Assembly (NCBI RefSeq): GCF_021028975.2
Contig: NC_059439.1
Span: forward strand, 32,736,001-32,800,000
Length of the DNA: 64,000 bases
From: Sphaerodactylus townsendi
Taxonomy: Eukaryota
Direction: 5' to 3'
In this document: one piece after another, positions 61,348 to 64,000 of the stretch
Numbering within the stretch: position 1 is the first letter of the stretch
How the letters are laid out: every line of letters starts with the position of its first letter
Program-made: the position numbers and the translations under genes
The notes under the pieces: generated by a model
Database searches by the model: none
Told to the model about the DNA's origin: nothing
The model's input: the letters and a program-made list of their open reading frames with translations, nothing else

Positions 61348-61875
61348 CTGCCGTGGAGGGTGATAAAGAGAAAAGGGGACATACAGTAAGATGTAGGGAT
61401 GCTGTTGTGTTCCACAGGTGCTAGTCCACACTCCGGGTCTATGATCAAAACACCCTGCCATTTTATCCTTTCCTAATTCAAAAAACAACCTCTGCATCTT
61501 CAGAGGTGTTTCTCAAACAACATCAACCTGCATTTCAGAATCTGTTCACCATCCGGTATCTATGTGAATGCTAATAAAACTTCAAAGCCTGTATTCGTTT
61601 ATATGTACAGGTAATTAAACGTAGAAGAGCCACAAATGTTAAAAAGGCTTTCCACAGGCTTCAACAGTTGCAAAATATCTACAGCATATTTCCTCGTAGC
61701 TTACAGAATGCAATCCTGATGCAACATACAGTGTTGCCAGGGGCTGCGTACTAGCACTTGATGTACATCGCAGGATAGTTTGCGCTATAAAATAGGTGTA
61801 ATGTTGTCTTACTAGATTTTATAGTGATGCAATAGCTATAGTCTTTTATCTGTCAGTTTCATTGTTCCCTTATGC

Positions 61876-62297
61876 CAGTGGTGGCGAACCTATGGCGACC
61901 CGGGTGTAGAGGGTGGCACTCAGGAGCCCTCTCTCTGTGGGCACTTTCGGCACAGAGTTCATCGTAATCAATGGGAGGGGGTGGAAAATCACCCCCCCAC
62001 ACACACACGCATCTAGGCTGGCCTGGGTATGATCCTTTACCTGGGAGTAAGCTCGGTTGCTGGCAATGGGGCTTGCTTCTGAGTAAACCCTCCTAGGATC
62101 ATGATTCACCCATTTGAAGTGTTGCACGGTTGCTTCACTAGGCTTACTCCTGAGTAACGTGTGCCTCAGAGCCAACCGTTTTTCTAAACTAAAACCTCAG
62201 TATTCAGGTTAAATTGCCATGTTGGCACTTTGCAATAAATAAGTGGGTTTGGGGTTGCAATTTGGGCACTCAGTCTCGAAAAGGTTCGCCATCACTG
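61876..62297. mobile_element. hAT MITE (15205 family, reverse orientation)
   Basis: TIRs, TSD ccttatgc. Confidence 0.87.
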
Positions 62298-62835
62298 CCT
62301 TATGCCTTGTTTTGTTTTTAATATTTACGCTCTTATCCCATCCCCTTTATGTTCCCGTACCTTTTTGGGTTCCCAATTTCCTTCTGCCAGTAGATTCTTT
62401 CAGATACATATTTATAGCATCAACGTATTTTATCCTTTTAATTGTGACTGTCTTATCTATCTTGTGCTGGGTTTTGATAATAATGTTGATTGCTATCTAT
62501 GGCAATCTTGTGGCTGCACCAGAGGGCGGCGCATGACAGAAACCACAGGATTTCTTGCCAGTCGCGGAGCCCTGTTTGTCTGCAGCTTTTTCATTCTCAG
62601 GCTTCACCACAAATGAATTTCTGAGGTGAATGTCAGCTCCATATGGGGGGGCGGGGAGTAAATACATCTCAGTGAAGACAAATATATACAAAAGCGAACA
62701 CCAACATGGGAGTGTAGAAGTATATGCTGGCAATGGTAGATTTCCCTTCATACATGTTCTCTTTACAAACAAATACATTTTGCAGACATCTAATATGTCT
62801 GGGACAGGGCAAATTCCAAAGCAAAAAGCACTCAC

Positions 62836-62886
62836 CTCGGAATCATCGCTTCCAGAAGTTGCGTTCTGCTTCAAGTCAAGAGCTCC
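62836..62886 (-). CDS. SLC39A2: SLC39A2 51-bp internal exon (extracellular loop)
   Basis: aacag|GALDLKQNATSGSDDSE|gtgagt, phase 0/0, N-glycosylation sequon NAT; a similar short exon exists in mammalian ZIP2 (recalled). Confidence 0.75.
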
Positions 62887-63046
62887 CTGTTTTCAAAAAC
62901 ATCAAGAATGGTTACACTTTGGGGTTAGGAGAAGGACACATGCAATCGTCAGCGAGGTGTAGTGGTTAGGAAGTTGTGGGCAAGTCACTTTGCCAGCTCA
63001 ATTTACCTCATGTGGTTGCTCCGAGGGTAAAACAGCAGACCGGAGG

Positions 63047-63634
63047 AGAAGAGTTTGGATTTATAACCCGCTTTTCTTTCCTGTAAGGAGACTCAAGGTG
63101 GCTTACAAGCCCAGCAGTGGCGTAGGAGGTTAAGAGCTCATGTATCTAATCTGGAGGAACCAGGTTTGATTCCCAGCTCTGCCGCCGGAGCTGTGGAGGC
63201 TTATCTGGGGAATTCAGATTAGCCTGTACACTCTTACACACACCAGCTGGGCGACCTTGGGCTAGTCACAGCTTCTCGGAGCTCTCTCAGCCCCACCTAC
63301 CTCACAGGGTGTTTGTTGTGAGGGGGGAAGGGCAAGGAGATTGTCAGCCCCTTTGAGTCTCCTGCAGGAGACAAAGGGGGGATATAAATCCAAACTCTTC
63401 TTCTTCTTCTTTTCCCTTCCTCTCTCCACAACAGACACCTGGTGAAGTAGGTGGGGCTGAGAGAGTTCTGGGAGAACTGTGACTAGCCCAAGGTCACCCA
63501 GCAGGAATGTAGGAGTGCAGAAACACATCTGGTTCACCAGACAAGCCTCTGCCACTCAGGTGGAGGAGTGGGGAATCAAACCCGGTTCTCCAGATTAGAA
63601 TCCACCTGCTCTTTACTACTACATCACGCTGGCT
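63047..63634. mobile_element. Nested SINEs: young + copy (63113-63410) inside an older - copy
   Basis: Minus copy is split into 63047-63110 and 63411-63634. Confidence 0.8.
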
Positions 63635-63979
63635 GTTATAAGCTGTTTTGATTCTTCACAGGAGAGAAAAACACGGTGTACACATCTAAACGAAGAAATA
63701 GCTCCCAGCGAGATGCCAAAACAAAATTTAATTCCATTTCAAACCAGTTTGGCAAGTTCCGTAAATTGAAACCAGGACTCTGAAAAATGTAATTTGTTTC
63801 GCATGATGCTGGTGAAATTCATTTTTTAGAGTGATTGCTTGGTTTGAAAGCAATTGTATGTTTCCCCCGCCTAAATTCTAGCCTCGGCCCATCCAAATTC
63901 AATCCAGCATCATGTGCAAATGCAGAAAGGTGAAACAAAATGGGAACATGTTAGATTTAGCCAGAATCACGTCACTCAC

Positions 63980-64000
63980 CTGTTGATTCCACTGTTCTAT
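63980..64000 (-). CDS. SLC39A2: SLC39A2 upstream exon, 3' end (continues beyond the window)
   Basis: Minus strand ATA GAA CAG TGG AAT CAA CAG|gtgagt, phase 0 compatible with the next exon. Confidence 0.6.

Noticed and set aside
61348-61497. First 50 aa of the 248-aa ZIP ORF
   Set aside because: Intronic; homology begins at the cag acceptor at 61348-61350

Overview
Vertebrate genomic DNA, most likely a gecko or other squamate (inferred from the SINE, CR1, L2, R4, Penelope and hAT repeat content); not prokaryotic. Gene order: MAPK7/ERK5 (+, six coding exons, 699-13770, the first two garbled by about 20 extra bases each, probably uncorrected long-read error); a six-exon RING/degenerate B-box/coiled-coil/PRY-SPRY TRIM gene of the TRIM69/A33/XNF7 type (+, 19656-27464); three near-identical olfactory receptor genes in ~4.5-5.5 kb duplicated blocks (one inverted, two direct), with an L1-interrupted copy of the TRIM PRY-SPRY exon between blocks; a family-10-like OR (-); and the last three exons of SLC39A2/ZIP2 (-). 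Most other sequence is transposon-derived and there are two N gaps. Best leads: (1) fold-back Penelope-like insertions carrying minimal hammerhead ribozyme motifs, one intact; (2) an unclassified element with ~132-bp inverted arms around exactly 4 x 134-bp repeats and a 14-bp flanking duplication; (3) several short locally templated insertions, including 26 nt of a MAPK7 exon copied into the next intron; (4) a repeat-free candidate OR enhancer; (5) OR paralogue divergence concentrated in TM3, plus a C-terminus recruited from 3'UTR; (6) a Copia LTR with a half-tRNA-iMet primer site. I see no convincing evidence of an entirely new multi-gene system. Family assignments come from recalled motifs, not from searches, and repeat boundaries are approximate.
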